From NCBI RefSeq assembly GCF_963921235.1, contig NC_086108.1, positions 100,814,001-100,878,000 of the forward strand: a stretch of 64,000 bases of DNA. Direction: 5' to 3'. The notes beneath the pieces are model-generated. The model did not search any database, had not been told where the DNA came from, and saw only the letters and a program-made list of their open reading frames with translations. The position numbers and the translations under genes are program-made. Shown piece by piece: positions 38,708 to 53,559 of the stretch (position 1 is its first letter; every line of letters starts with the position of its first letter). This DNA comes from Mobula hypostoma (lineage: Eukaryota).

Positions 38708-41700
38708 TGGTGTATATTTAATATTTCAATAATATTTGAATAATGGTGTAAATATATTGTTTGATTAAGCATTCTTTGTTGTTTACATAATTCATGTACA
38801 AACTGCATGAATGGCATACGTTGTTACACCATCACATCATATTTCTGCACTTCACTGAAGTAAAACTGAAGTCCATCCATGAGTTATCCCCTGGGCTCCT
38901 GTGTTTCTCTTTCAATTAGTTTTCAAGTTATAAAACATAATGGTGATGATGAGGAAGTTTTAAAACAAACCTGAGACAACTATTGAAGTGCAGTGAAATG
39001 TTCCAGTTTTAAAAAAAGCACTGAATGCTTTCTTCACAAGAGGAGAGAAAAACGTTCGAGTGAAAAAAAAAGCATAGTATGTGTTCTTCACAAGGGGAGA
39101 AAGATGATCGAGTTTAAAGAAAGGCAGAAAACAGACGAAATTCCTGTGTTCATGAAAGTCTGTACCGGGCAATAATAATAATAACGTAAAAAAAAAAGCA
39201 GAAATGGCCAGCTGCTTTGGAAAGATAGACACATTCGATTGTACAAAAGTTAACTGGCGGATGTATACTGAATGAATTGAACAGTATTTTGAAGGAAGTG
39301 ACATAGCCAATGAGAAACGAGTGCCAGTTTTGCTGAGTGCAATTGGTGGAAAGGCAATTTCCTTTGAAGTTTAACTGCTCCAACCAAACCAGCCAAACTT
39401 AACTTTGCTGATATCATGAAAGTAATGCAGGAACTTTTAGAATTGAAAGTTCCTGCATTACAGAACCAGACACTGGCTCAGCTGTTTCAGTCATTCCACA
39501 AAATTAGTTTGAATGGCACTTCAATGCTTGCAGATATCCAACCAAGAAATTATGCAGAAGAAAAGATAACTCCTGTGGGAATGACATTTGTAACAGTGAA
39601 GTACAACAACCAACAAGCCACATTGGGCTTGTATGTGGTAAAAACAGGTGGGCCAGCATTGTGGAGATGTGCCTTGGAGATCCACCTGCAATTTGCATAC
39701 TAATTCCCCTGCAACAGCATCAACTGAAAGTGAATTTAGAAAGGTACTGGATGATGCCAAAGCAATGTCCAAGGATGACATTGGAAACGTCAAACATATC
39801 AAGGGTAAAACAGTGTTAAATGGAAATGCCACACCCAAGTTTTGCAAAGCCTGGATGGTTCCTTGTACCATCTGTGATAAAGTAGCCAGTGAGGTAGATT
39901 CCTCGGAGGCTGAAGGAATTCTTTCCAAGGATGAGTAGAGCCCAAGGGCAATACCAGTGGGCCCAGTAGCCAAGAAGAATGTGTCTGTCCTTTTTAAGGT
40001 CACCTTCAGCCCAGTACTGTAAGTAGATTAATACCCTCGTCTCAGATCATGGCAAAACTTTCTGGAGGAAACCAGCTCAGTGAAGTGGACTTTGCTGAGG
40101 CCTACCTACAGATGGAGATGGAAGAGGAGTTTCTCACCATAAATTCTCAAAAGGGTATTTTTCACTATATTTGGCTTATTTTTGCAGTAGCATCTGCACC
40201 AGCACACTGGCTGAAAGCTATGGGACAGGTGCTGCAAGGTTGCCCAGGCATGCAGTGTTATACAGATAACATTGTTACTGATAAGGAAGACAAGGAACAT
40301 CTACAAAATCTCAAAACAAAAGGCTTAGAAGATTACTAGAGCACAGTGAAGCAAGTGTGAATTCTTTAAACAAGCATCACTTATTATGATCATACCAAGG
40401 ATTACACAAGCGTGTTGAGAAAATTCAAGCAGTGGTGGATGCCCTAAAGCCAAAGAACACAGTTGTGGTCCTTTTTAGGTTTTGTCAATTACTATAACAG
40501 GTACCTGTCAAAGGTGGCTTTCCAAAAGACAAAGGAAATGGTGACAGCAGACACTGCACTCACACATTATGATCCACATCATCCAGTGAGGCTTGCCTGT
40601 GAAGACTCACTTTATGGTATAGGTGCAGTCATGTCACATGTTATAAGTGATGGAAGTGAACGTCCCATTGTATTTTCATCACGTTCCTTACCACTGCAGA
40701 GAAAAAATACACACAGATTGACAGAGAGTCCTTGAGACTAGTTTGGCGTGTAAAGCGTTTCAACCAGTACTCGTGTGGCAGAGAGTTTACCCTCATTACT
40801 GACCATCAATCATTAGTGTCTGTCTTCAATCCACAAAAGGTGTTCCACGAACAACAGCAGCATAAATGCAGAGATGGCCTCTCTTTCTCAGAGGACACAA
40901 TTACAAGGTTGAATTCATGAGGACAACGAATCATAGAAATGCTGATGAATTGTCCCATTTACCATTGGAAAAGGAAAAACCCGAAAAAATTTACAAAAGA
41001 GGACTGTCTCCTTGATGTGTTCTCTCTTATGCAAATTGAAAGTCTCCAAAGGGAAATCAGAAAAGACCCCACACTATCTCAGGTAAACATGGCCACCAAA
41101 AATGGCTGGAACGTGCTGTAGAAATTTCAGTTCTCCTATTTTTATCAGCGCCAGATGAACTTGACCCTGACCAGGTTGCCTTATGCGGGGATTGAGATTT
41201 GTTGTGTTATTCACATTGAGAGCTAAAGTGTTGGAGACACTATATGCTGGTCATCTAGGCATGGTCAAAATGAAAGTGTTGGTTCAAAGCTTTACCTGGT
41301 GGCATGAGATAGATCAGCAGATCGAACAGCTTGTCATGCACTGCTTGCGATGAAGATGCCAAGATCAGCGTTTCTCTGTCCCTGGGAATGGCCTGCATTG
41401 CCCTGGCGGAGGATTCATGTAGATTTTACCCGATTGTCCGTGGGCAAAAATTTCTTGTGGTAGTGAATGCAGCTATGAAGTGGCCAGGCATGTTCCCAAT
41501 AGCCTCCACTACAGCCTCATACACCGGTGAAGTGTTGCCAAGCCTCTTCTCAAGGACAAGTGTTCCAGAACACTGCTTCAGTGATAATGGACACAGTTTG
41601 TTGCAGAACAGTTTTGGTCATTCCTGAAAATGAATAGAATAAGCCGTGTTACATCTGCACCATACCAGCCAGCTGCAAATGGCTTAGCAGTAAGGTGTGT

Positions 41701-42701
41701 CTAGAGTCTAAAGAGCGCACTATGAGCGATATCAGCAGAATGCACTACACCAGAAACTCGCTAATTTCCTCCTTGCATATCACAATGCAGCACACTCCAC
41801 AACTAACTACTCACCAGCTGTGCTGTTCTTATTCGTCCCTTGCCCTCATGCCTGGATCTCCTCAAATCCAATCTCAGAAGGAGTATACAGGACAAACAGC
41901 AGAGATAAACTGAGGGTTCGTCAAACAAGGAGGTTCGATGGACAAGCAGTCCTGGTGAGGGACTACAGAGATGACCAAAGCTGGATACCTGGAAAGATGA
42001 AGGGCAGGACAGGACTATGCCTCTTCACAGTGGAGACTGTGTCTCCTGGAGACGACACATCAATCAGTTGAGGAGATCAGAGTCATTATTAGAGAAGAGG
42101 AGCTGCCAGAACCACTTCCTTCCATCCCAGAGTCAATTCCTACAACCACCACGAAGGAGCCCACAGAACCTAAGATTGTTTCACAGTCACAAGTCTCTCC
42201 TGCCAAGCAGAGTGAACCCCTGGTCAGGAAAGATGTTATCCCACAAGAGCAAGAAATCCTCCACAGCAATTACACCTTTAGGCCTGAACGGGACAATTTA
42301 AAATTTACTATGCTGTGGATTTCTATTATATTGTATATTGTGTTTGTGTGTATATATATATATATATATATACTGTATAGAGTGACTAGAGAGCAATATG
42401 TTACATATTCGAATTGAGGTGCATTCCTTATTGAGTTGGACTTTAGAGCTCAGCAGGGAGGAGTGTTGTGTTCTTAATATTTCAGTAATATTTGAGTAAT
42501 ATGGTAAATGTAATGTTTTATGAAGTATTCTTCGTCATTTACATAAGAGGTTATACATATGAAGGAGGTGAGTGACACATGTCATTATGCCACATCATAT
42601 TTTTGCGGGCCTCACTAAAGCAGAAACGATGTATATACACAAGTTGTCTCCCGGGCTCCGTGGTTTTCTTTCGATGAGTTTTGAGGTTACAAAACATAAC
42701 A
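38708..42701 (+). mobile_element. Full-length but heavily eroded Gypsy LTR retrotransposon
   Basis: LTRs ~38708-38940 and 42464-42701; TGG primer-binding start near 38941; polypurine tract before 42464; TSD gagac/gggac. Gag start MASCFGKIDTFD at ~39203, RT (DFAEAYLQM, ASAPA), RNase H (SLYGIGAVMSH...ERPI) and integrase remnants. Inserted in a Rex fragment. Confidence 0.88.
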
Positions 42702-43149
42702 GGGACTCCCATGCACAGGATCGTAAGTGCCTCCAGGCGGTTGTTGATTCAGCCAGCTCTGTCACAGACACAATCCTTCCCAGCATTGTAGACGTCTTCT
42801 CAAGTGATGCCTCAAGAAGGCAGCATCTAACCTTAAGGACCCTTGCCAGCCAGGACATACCTGTTTCTCATTGCTACCGTCAGGAAGGAAGTATAGGAGC
42901 ATGAAGGTACACACTCAATATTTTAGGGACAGCTTCTTCCCCTGCACTATCAAATTTCTGAATGGTCCATGAACCCATGAGCACTACCTCACTATTCTTC
43001 TTCTGCATTATTTATTCATTTATTGTAACTTTCTGCTGCACGGTACTGCTGCCACAAAACAACATACTTCACAACAACACTGCCTGATTCATTGTGTTTT
43101 TCCAGCAGTTTCAGCTTTTATTTTCAGATTTCTGCCATCTGCAGTTCTC

Positions 43150-45110
43150 TTTGTATTCTGTGCTGCGTTGTGCTGTATTCTGAATTGTACTCTGTGCTGA
43201 ACTGTGTGCTGAATTGTACTCTGTACTGAACTGTACTCTGTACTGAACTGTGTGCTGAATTGTACTCTGTGCTGAATTGTATTCTGTGCTGAACTGAAAT
43301 GTGTGCTGAATTGTATTCTGTGAGAATTGTATTATGTAATGAATTGTACTCTGTGCTGCATTGTACACTGTGCTGAACTGTACTCTGTACTGTCACTTAC
43401 ATGCAACCCTGTAAAAATATCAGCAGCAATGGAACACACCTGGAGTCAGGTTTTGCTGTTAACAAAACACTCTTTTATCAGTAACTATGTCATATAGTAA
43501 CTTAAACAAGGTAAATCAAGAGTTAATGGTGTTATGCAGATATAGTTGAATATATATAAAATCCCAAACTTCTTCAAGCTTAGTTGGTAAGTGATACAGT
43601 CTTACGATGCTGTGGTAAGAAAGTTCAATTCAATCTGCAGGTTAATTAATGCGAGATATTTGTAATTCAAAGGCAAATATTGTGAGAAGGCAATTACGTC
43701 GTTATTTCACAGATTCCACGACAGCAATACAAAATAACAATAGCAGTAGGATTTATCTCTGAAGTTGTTCCACTCCACACACGAAGAATCACCAACAGTA
43801 GCTTATCACAAAGGGGACCATCTTCAAGGGAACCACCACCCAGGCAAGGGTAGACACACCGGTAGATTCCACAAGGTTACCCCAAACACACAACGTGATA
43901 GCCACTTATCCAGTTCCACGACATAAGAAGTAACTCCAACAGTGATTTGCCACAGGGGTGCCTTTCTTCAGTGAACTACCACACCCAGACAAAGGGTAAA
44001 CACACATGGTATTCACAAAGGTTTTCCCCTCACCAGAGAACCCTCTCCTGTGGATTAACTATGTGACAATCACACGTTCGTATTCGAATGGAATCAAAAT
44101 CATCCCTTACAGGCTACTTGGAGAGAGTCCAAACAGTGATCTCTTTGTCACTAGGTTTCTTCTGTTTTAAACCTATCTATCCCCTCTTCTCTGCCAACTT
44201 CTTCTAGTTGCAGCACTTGAGAGAGTCAATCGATCTCAGCTCACCCTTTTGTGCTACTGAAAGTTTAAACCGACTCTCTGGTGTCTGCAATTGACTGAAT
44301 CCATCTTGACTCTGAGCATGAGTGTGTCTGTAAGAGGATTATCTGACCTTGCTTATTCAAAACACGCTGCAGAGTAGATGTAAACACAAACTGCTCACCA
44401 CAGCAACCAAGCAATTCTGTAATCAGCAGAAATCCAACAGTGCTAAAGTCAGTCTCATTCTCTCAGCATTTTAAAGTAACAGTCCACAGAAAAAATGAAC
44501 CCTGAGGGTACATAATGGTACTGAATTGTACTCTATGCTGAACTGAACTCTGTGCTGAATTGTACTCTGTGCTGAACTGTACTCTGTGCCAAGTTGTATT
44601 TTGTACTGAATTCTACTCTGAACTGAATTGTACTGTGTACTGAATTGTTCTCTGTACTGAATTGTACTCTCTGCTGAATTGTACTCTGTACTGAATTGTA
44701 CTCTGTGCCAAGTTGTATTCTGTACTGAATTCTACTCTGAACTGAATTATACTCTGTACTGAATTGTTCTCTGTGCTGAATTGTACTCTGTTTTTCATTA
44801 TACTCTGTGCTGAATTGTATTGTATACTGAACTGTACATTGTGCTGAGTTGTAATCGCTGCTGAATTGTACTGTTGAATTGTACTCTCTGATGATTTGTA
44901 CTCTGTACTGAATTGTACTCTGTGCTGAATTGTACTCCCTCTTGAAATGTACTCCGTGCTGAATTGTAATCTGTTTTGCATTATACTCTGTGCTGAATTG
45001 TATCGTATACTGAACTGTACATTGCACTGAGTTGTACTCTGCTGAACTGTACTCTGTGCTGAATTGTACTCTGTACTGAATCATAGTCTGTGCTGAGTTG
45101 TACTGTATGC
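43150..45110. repeat. 17 bp minisatellite (TGAATTGTACTCTGTGC) split by an insertion
   Basis: Arrays at ~43150-43390 and 44518-45110; the source of the STEYNSAQ ORFs. Confidence 0.93.
43391..44517. mobile_element. Probable solo LTR (~1.1 kb) inside the minisatellite
   Basis: Starts TGTCAC and ends gggtacataatg (similar to the end of the 28149 LTR); GTAC on both sides; internal ~130 bp duplication. Confidence 0.6.
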
Positions 45111-45811
45111 TGATTTGCCTTTTTTTTTGGCATAGACATTTTTGCAATCTAATTAGAATCCGTATCCATTAATTATGTCTGAAAAAAAATTAGTTTTATT
45201 TTAGTTCCAGATCTATCATCTTTCACACTTTCCGTCCACCCCCCCGCCCCCGCCCCCGCCCCCCAAGAAATGAAGCAGTGTTTTGGCAAACTTGTATGTT
45301 TGTCTCCACCATCTGCTTATGATGAGAAATGCAGCAGCCAGCGGCAATAAATTATTTTTATTTTTTTATTGCTAAATTGAGGTTTTTGGGACAGACACAG
45401 TCTAACATGGCAAGTTTATTAGGATATCGTCCTGTGGGGGTGTGCCTTATTCTGATTGTCAAAAATCAGCAATAAATTATTGAATTAAAACTTGCCACAA
45501 GGAATGTATGGAGGACCCTACTGATCCAACCTCTGATTATTCATTGTCATTGCAGGTTCTGAGGGACCTCTGCGGGATCTCCAGGACACTGAAGTAAGAG
45601 AGCATCTGTTCCCTACATTCCACCTTCCTTCCTGATAAATGAATCTGCTAGTCGGTATATCTTTGTAATGCAGGAGGAAACTGGAGTATTGGAGGAAACC
45701 CACATACTAACAAGCAGTTCATAAAATCTTCTCACAGTTGGTGTCAGAATTGTATGCTGAACGCCAAAGCTCCAAGCTGTAAAAGCATTGCACTAACCAC
45801 TACCTTGTCAC

Positions 45812-47545
45812 GAACTAGACACTAGACAATAGGTGCAGGAGTAGGCCATTCAGCCCTTTGAGCCAGCACTGCCATTCAGTGCGATCATGGCTGATCATCC
45901 ACAATCAGTATCCAGTTCCTGCCTTATCCCCATAACCTTTGATTCCGCTATCTTTAAGAGCTCTATCCATCTCTTTCTTGAAAGCATCCAGAGACTTGGC
46001 CTCCACAGCCTTCTGGGGTAGAGCATTCCATATATCCACCGCTCTCTGGGTGAAAAAGTTTTTCCTCAACTCTGTTCTAAATGGCCTACCCCTTATTCTT
46101 AAACTGTGGCCTCTGGTTCTGGACTCACCGATCAGCGGGAACATGCTTCCTGCCTGCAGTGTGTCCAATCCCTTAATAATCTTATATGTTTCAATAAGAT
46201 CCCCTCTCAGCCTTCTAAATTCCAGAGTATACAAGCCCAGTCGCTCCAATCTTTCGATATATGACAGTCCCGCCATCCCGGGAATTAACCTTGTGAACCT
46301 ACGCTGCACTCCCTCAATAGCAAGAATGTCCTTCCTCAAATTTGGAGACCAAAACTGCACACAGTACTCCAGGTGTGGTCCCACCAGGGCCCTGTACAGC
46401 TGCAGAAGGACCTCTTCGCTCTTATACTCAATTCCCCCTTGCCATTAGCATGCCATTAGCTTTCTTCACTGCCTGCTGTACTTGCATGCTTGCTTTCAGT
46501 GACAGATGTACAGGAACATCTAGATCTCGTTGTGCTTCCCCTTTTCCTAACTTGACTCCATTTAGATAATAATCTGCCTTCCCATTCTTACCACCAAAGT
46601 GGATAACCTCACATTTATCCACATTAAACTGCATCTGCTATGCATCTGCCCACTCACCCAGCCTGTCCAAGTCACCCTGATTTTCTCATAACATCCTCCT
46701 CACATTTCACACTGCCACCCAGCTTTGTGTCATCGGCAAATTTGCTAATGCTATTTTTTAATTCCCTCATCTAAATCATTAATATATATTGTAACCAGCT
46801 GCGGTCCCAGCACTGAACCCTGCGGTACCACACTGGTCACTGCCTGCCATTCCGAAAGGGACCCGTTAATCGCTACTCTTTGTTTTCTGTCAGCCAGTCA
46901 ATTTTCAATCCATGTCAGTACTCTGTCCCCAATACCATGTGCCCTAATTTTGCCCACTAGTCTCCTATGTGGGACTTTATCAAAGGCTTTCTGAAAGTCC
47001 AGGTACACTACATCCACTGGCTCTCCCTTGTCCATTTTCATAGTTACATCCTCAAAAAATTCCAGAAGATTAGTCAAGCACGATTTCCCCTTCGTAAATC
47101 CATGCTGACTCGGACCAATCCTGTTACTACTATCCAAATGTGTCGTAATTTCATCTTTTATAATTGACTCCAGCATCTTTCCCACCACTGACGTCAGGCT
47201 AACCGGTCTATAATTCCCTGTTTTCTCTCTTCCTCCCTTCTTGAAGAGAGGGACATTAGTCACCCTCCAATCCACAGGAACTGATCCTGAATCTATAGAA
47301 CATTAGAAAATGATTACCAATGCTTCCACGATTTCTAAAGCCACCTCCTTCAGTACCCTGGGATGTAGACCATCAGGTCTCGGGGACTTATCAGCCTTCA
47401 GACCCAACAGTCTATCCAACACCATTTCCTGCCTAATATAAATTTCCTTCAATTCACCCATTACCCTAGGTCCTTTGGCCACTATTACATCTGGGAGATT
47501 GTTTGTGTCTTCCCTAGTGAAGACAGATCCAAAGTACCTGTTCAA
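45812..47545 (-). mobile_element. 5'-truncated CR1 LINE, moderately young
   Basis: ORFs 46898-47275 (NYRPVSLTS, YLDFQKAFDKVPH) and 45905-46384; tail repeat actagacactagac. Confidence 0.93.
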
Positions 47546-50500
47546 ATGTTGGAGTAACTCAGCAGGTCACACTATATCTATCATAGAACTGCCCCAGAAT
47601 AAATGAGTGCTCCTTTAAAACTGAAAAGAGGAATTTCCTCAGCTAGAGTGTGGCAGATCTCTGGAACTGGTTGGCATCAGATGGCAGTGACTGGTCAAGA
47701 CATTGGGTGTTTTCAAGGCAGAAATTGATAGGTTTTTGATTAGTAAAGCAATTAAGTGCGACATGGGGAATGCGGAAGAATAAAACTGAAAAAAGTTAAA
47801 TCACCCATGACTAAATGACAGAAGAAATTCGAGGGGCAACATGGTAGTGCAGCATTTAGCATAATGCATTATATGGCCAGTTGTAAGATCAGGTTTCAAT
47901 TCCCACTACCACCTGTAATGAGCTTGTACATTCTCCCCTTGACCGTCTGGGTGTCCTTCTGGTGCTCCAGTTTCCTCCCATATTCCAAAGATGCCCAGGG
48001 TTAGTAAGTGGTGGGCATGCTACGTTGGTGCCAGAAACATGGTGACACTTTCGGGCTGCCCTCAGCACATCTTTGGACTGTCGTGTTTATTGATGGAAAA
48101 ATCGATGCGTTTTGATGTTTCGATATACATATGACAAAGCTAATCTAATCTAATGGCACAATTATGCCCCATTATCTTATAGTCTTAAGCATCTGCAGAA
48201 TCTCTTGTGTTTATGTCTTATAATCCCGCATTGGTTAGCCATATCTGGACTATGCACCCATTTCTGGTCACCACATTTTTAATAGTGGTTCTAGAGAAGG
48301 TGCAGGGATGGGGGTGGGTTTCATGGAATTAGTACAGGGAGCATTGATGCATTGCTGAGTAGCCCAAGGTGATCATCAAAAACTGATCATAAAGAGTCCC
48401 GACCAATTAATTCAGGCAAATGTCAGAGGGATGAGGGGGAGGGCACATTAAAAAGCACCATGACTTCTGTCTGCACAGTTTCTAGCGCACGGCAGGAGTT
48501 ATCACAGGGTGAAGCACAGATCTCTGGAGAAATTAATACCTCAGGTGTGGAAACACCTTGCTGGTTTTTGAGAGATCTGCCAAATCCCACATGCAAGGTG
48601 TTGTTCTCAATAAGAGAGAATTTGCAGTTAGTTCTGTTAACTTAAACATTTAGCATTGCTAATTCTGATCCGTGGTATTTTAATACGAACATTAGCAAGG
48701 TTTAATACATACATAAAAAGAGAGATTAGCTTTATTTGTCACATGTACAGTACATTGAGGCATACAGTGAAATGTCTCATTTTTGCATAACTGACCAGCT
48801 AAATCCAGGGATTATGCTGGGGGCAGCCCACAAGTGTTACCATGTCTCCAGTGCTAACATAACCTGTCCACAACTCACTGGCTGTAAGTCTTTGGAAGGT
48901 GGGAGAAAATTGAATCACCTGGTCATGGGGAGAATATACAAACTTCTTAAAGACAGTAGCATGTATCAAACCTCAATTAGTGTTTGTTGGCACTGTAAAG
49001 TGATTACACTAACTGCTACACCATTGTGTCAGCCACTAATTATCAATTACAATTCACGCTCCAGCAAAGCGTAACAATGACAACTACTTTGCGGAGGTAT
49101 TGTCCAAATAACCAGTAAATATCTACATAGACTTTGGTTCCTTATTTTAGTAATCATTTTTTCAGTGATATCAGGGGTCAGGTTATTCCGAAATTCAAGT
49201 TTGCAGTACCTTATCCTCGGAAACTATAACAGTATACTTTTATTTAACAATGTCTGTGTCCACCAGGCAATAAACAGTCTACACTTTACTGCTTTGGATT
49301 TCAGAAGAAATATATTTTCTTTCCCCTACTGCCCATTAAACTGAACCCAGATCCTCCAATCACTATCAGGCACCTTGTTTGGCAGTTGTTGTTTTGTTGC
49401 TGTTTTGTCATGTTCGGTGTTGTTCTGCTCTATATTATGGGCAGGTGGAATGTCTTCAAAGTACAAAGTAAAGTTATTATCAAACTACATATATGTCATC
49501 ATATACAACTCTGAGATTCATTTTCTTGCAGGCATTCACAGTAGGTACAAAGAGCCAATGTGGAAAGACAAACAGTGAAAATGCAAAAATAATAATAATA
49601 AATAATATTGAGAACATGAGCTGTAGAGTCCTTTGTTCGGCCAATATATTGCATTGGTTTTGATCGTGGGCAATGTATCTTATTTCAGCTTCTTCATAGA
49701 CTCTCTTAACTCAATGAATGCTGCAAACTGCATATGCTCAGGATATGACTTCTGACTATCCTGCAAGGGAACCACTTCAATATTGTGCTAACTTTCAGTG
49801 AATGGCATGCAGTCAGAGCACTGAATCATCAGATCTCAGAGGAAGTGAACTTGGAAAATACTGAAGAGGCATTAAAATAAATTAAAAGATTAAAATAGCC
49901 ACAAGAGAGCCTGGACTTTGCACATTCACACTCATGTCATCCTAGAGATGCACAAGCTGTATCAATGCTTGGTACAGAAACTGCACTGTGACAGACAGGA
50001 AGGCTCTACAAGAGGTAGTCAAAACTGCCCAGTGCATCACTGGTACCAGCCTATCCGTCATCAAGGATATATATACAGAAAGGTGCAGAAAAGGGCCGGT
50101 AATATAATGTTGAATCCCACACGTTTGTGGATTGTTTGTCTCACTTCCATAGGAGGCTATGTAGCATCTACACCAGGACCACCAGACTTACCTTCGTTAC
50201 TTTCAACAAGCAGCAAGTCTGATCAACACCTCCACCCATTAACTCCACTACTACTTTATTATTTCCCGTCAGTCACCTTATCACAACCTAGCATCACTTT
50301 ATGGATATACAATCAATGTATATAAAGCAAACATGTATTTATAATTGAGTTTTAAAGAATTATTGTAGCCTCTATCTTTTGTATTTTTTGTGCAGTATCA
50401 GATTCTGAGTAATTATTCTTCTTACACTTGTGTACAGCAAATGACATTAAACGATCTTGAACTTTCATCTGCCACTTCCAATGGCAGCTCATTCTACACT

Positions 50501-53500
50501 CACAAAACCTCTTGAATGAAGAAGTTCCACCTCAGGTTCCCCTTAAATATTTCATCTTTCACCCTAAAGCTATGACCTCTAGATCTAGTCTCATCCAACC
50601 TGAGGGGAAAAAGCTTGCAAGTATTTACCCTATTTATACCTCTCATAAATTTGTATACCTCCATAAGATCTCCCCTTATAGTGTAAATCTCCTACGCACC
50701 AGGGAACAAAGTCCTAACATGTTCAACTTTTCCTTTTAACTCAGGTGCTTAAGTCCCTGCAACATCCTTGTAAATTTTCTCTGCACTCTTTTAAGCTTAT
50801 TAGTATCTTTCCTGTAGGTAGGTGTCCAGAAAGGCCCACCAGACTGTTCTAGTGACCTACCTATAAAATCCAGCCTCATCCATTTCATATACAACTTCAA
50901 TCTAACATCCTAACTCTTGTACTCATTAGCCCAATTTATGAAGGCCATAGTGCCCAAACTTCTGTTTACAACCCTATCTACCTGCAACACCACTTCCAAA
51001 GGAATTATGGATCCCTATTCCCAGGTTACTTTGTTCTACCATAGAACTCAGTGCCCTATTGCTCACTGTGTAAATCCTACCCTGGCTTGTCCTAAAGTGC
51101 AAAACCTCACTCTGCATTAAATCTCATCTACCATTGTTCAGCCCATTTTTCTCAAAATATTAATCATTAGCTTCTGTTCAAACATAAACTTCCTTTTTAG
51201 GTTTACAGTTTTTCTTTGTTGAAATTTACATTGTTTTAGACTTCAGAAATGTTAGTTATTACAAAAATAGAACTTATTTTTATAAGTTTAGAATGATTTG
51301 ATTGCTTTACAGCTGCTCATTTGTGATGGACCACTTTCAAACAGACATTTATTTTCTTATTTTTAGCACTTTAATATTCTCTACATCAAGGTCAAATCTA
51401 CTGCTTTTGATTGATCTAATCAACAATGAATTATTGTAACATCTGCAGGAAGCAGTATGCAAGTACAATTGCGCAACTTACTCTTAAAGGCCTCAACACA
51501 TAATTAGTGGATCTAAAAATAACTTTCAATGAAATGACCTCTCCGTCTTTATAGTTCAATTCTAGCTTTTAGAACATAGATCAGCACAGAATAGGCCATT
51601 CGGCACATGACGTTGTGCTGACCTTTATAAACTTAGTCCACCCATCTTCCTTTCCAGTCTTGAAACAGTCTCAGTCTGAAACATTGACTATTTATCCCCC
51701 TCCATAAATGTTGCCTGTTTTGATGAGTTCTTCCAGCATTGTGTGTGTTGTTCCCAGATTCCTGTATGCATGACTAATCTAATCCCTCTCTCCTACACAG
51801 CCCAAAAGACTCCATTTTTCTTACATCAGTGTGCCTCTCTCCTACCACCAATCCCCAGAAGTGTGTTCCAGGCACCTGCCACTCTGTAAAAAAAAAAAAA
51901 AATAAAATAAAATCTGCTTCTTGTATCTCCTCTAACCTTACCTCCACTCACCCTAAATGGGTGGCCTTTGAAATTAGCTATTTCCATTCTGAGAAAAAGG
52001 TACAGCTTGTTTACCCTTATCAATCTTATACACCTCTAGCTTGCTCAAATTTTCTTCATAAATCATGCTCTCTAATCCAGGCAGTATACTGACAAATTTC
52101 CTCTGTACTATCTCTAAAGCGTCTATCTTCTTCCCATAACGAGGCAACTAGAACTGAACACAATACTCAAAACTGAACACAAAAGTATGATCTGACCTGG
52201 GTTTTATAGACCTTCAACATTACCTCATGGCTCTTAAACTTAATTCTCTGACTAATGAAGGCTAACAGACTATATGCCTTCTTAACTACCCTATCAACTT
52301 GTGCAGTGACTTTGTGGGATTTATGGATGTGAACCCCAAGAGCCCTCTGTTCCTCCAACAGAAGGAACTGAAAGCAACAGAAACAACTCATCTGTACACT
52401 GTCAAATGGATTATTTAGTATGGCAGAGGACAGTCATCCACACTGGTGGGGTTCAGACTGTATTAGCTACAAAACAGGATTAGAAGATCAACTTCTTATT
52501 ACACATTTACTTAATTGTTTAAATTCCTCATTTGTTGCAGCAGAATTTGAACTCCTTTCTTTGGATTAATAACTCAGGCCTTTCAATTCCAGTCCAGTGT
52601 TTTAATACTACTTTTTGAGAACCAATGGTTATGTGAAAACATAAGGCACAAGAAATTCCACAGATGCCACCTGACCCATTGAGTTCCTCCAGCATTTTGT
52701 AAGACATCCTGACCTTACTCTCCTGCTTAATTGATTGCAAAGTGCAGTTCCATTTATTTGGGTGACTTCAGAAGGTTCAGAATAAATCCAGTACTGTTTC
52801 CATCTCTGTTGCACACAATAATTCTGGAAGCTTGCTGGGTTTGATTTCCCCACTCTATTGAATTTCAGTGAGACTATAAACACCACAAAGTAAGAGCTGT
52901 GCAGCACAATGGAGAGTCATTTCAATAGTTTCTCCTTGATCAAACACTGGCCTTAATTCTATGGGCACTTTTAAGACGGTTTTGTATCATGTCTTGCATG
53001 GAATGATTTGGCTCTGGGTGAAAGGTCCTTTCCTCTCTGAGAAGGTGCATAACAGTTCAGGGCATTTATGAAACCAAGATAAACACTTGGATTATAGAAA
53101 AAAAATGGAATGGCATGCAGGAGGGAAAGGTTAGATTGATCTTAGTAGGTTAAAGGTCTGCAAAACGCTGGGCTGAATGGTCTGCACCATGCTGTAATGT
53201 CCTAAGTGCTAGGTATAAGGTATACTGGACTTGCCAAAACTGAACTTTTCAGCCATATGGAATATCTTCCCACACCCTGTTGATATTAGAAGTGGATAAA
53301 TATCTATTAGAAAGTGACTCTTGTCTCAAGTAATGCTGGTGTCATTATGAAGAGCACAGTACCCCAGAGAGGAAAACAATTACATCAACCATAACCAAGA
53401 GGCACTGCATAACAGAAGAAAGTAGTCCTCACGGCAAGATTTCTCAATTCCTTATTGCAAAATTTCAGCCATTCACATCTATGATTAACAAGAACAAAAG

Positions 53501-53559
53501 TTTAATCAAATACAAATACATAAGCCAGTATGGTTCTGATGTCCAAGCACACAACCATG

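Noticed and set aside
39203..42301. Domesticated gag/pol gene
   Set aside because: Numerous stops and frameshifts throughout.
43111..45147. STEYNSAQ repeat ORFs or CRISPR-like array
   Set aside because: A 17 bp tandem repeat with no spacers; the unit is not a multiple of 3.
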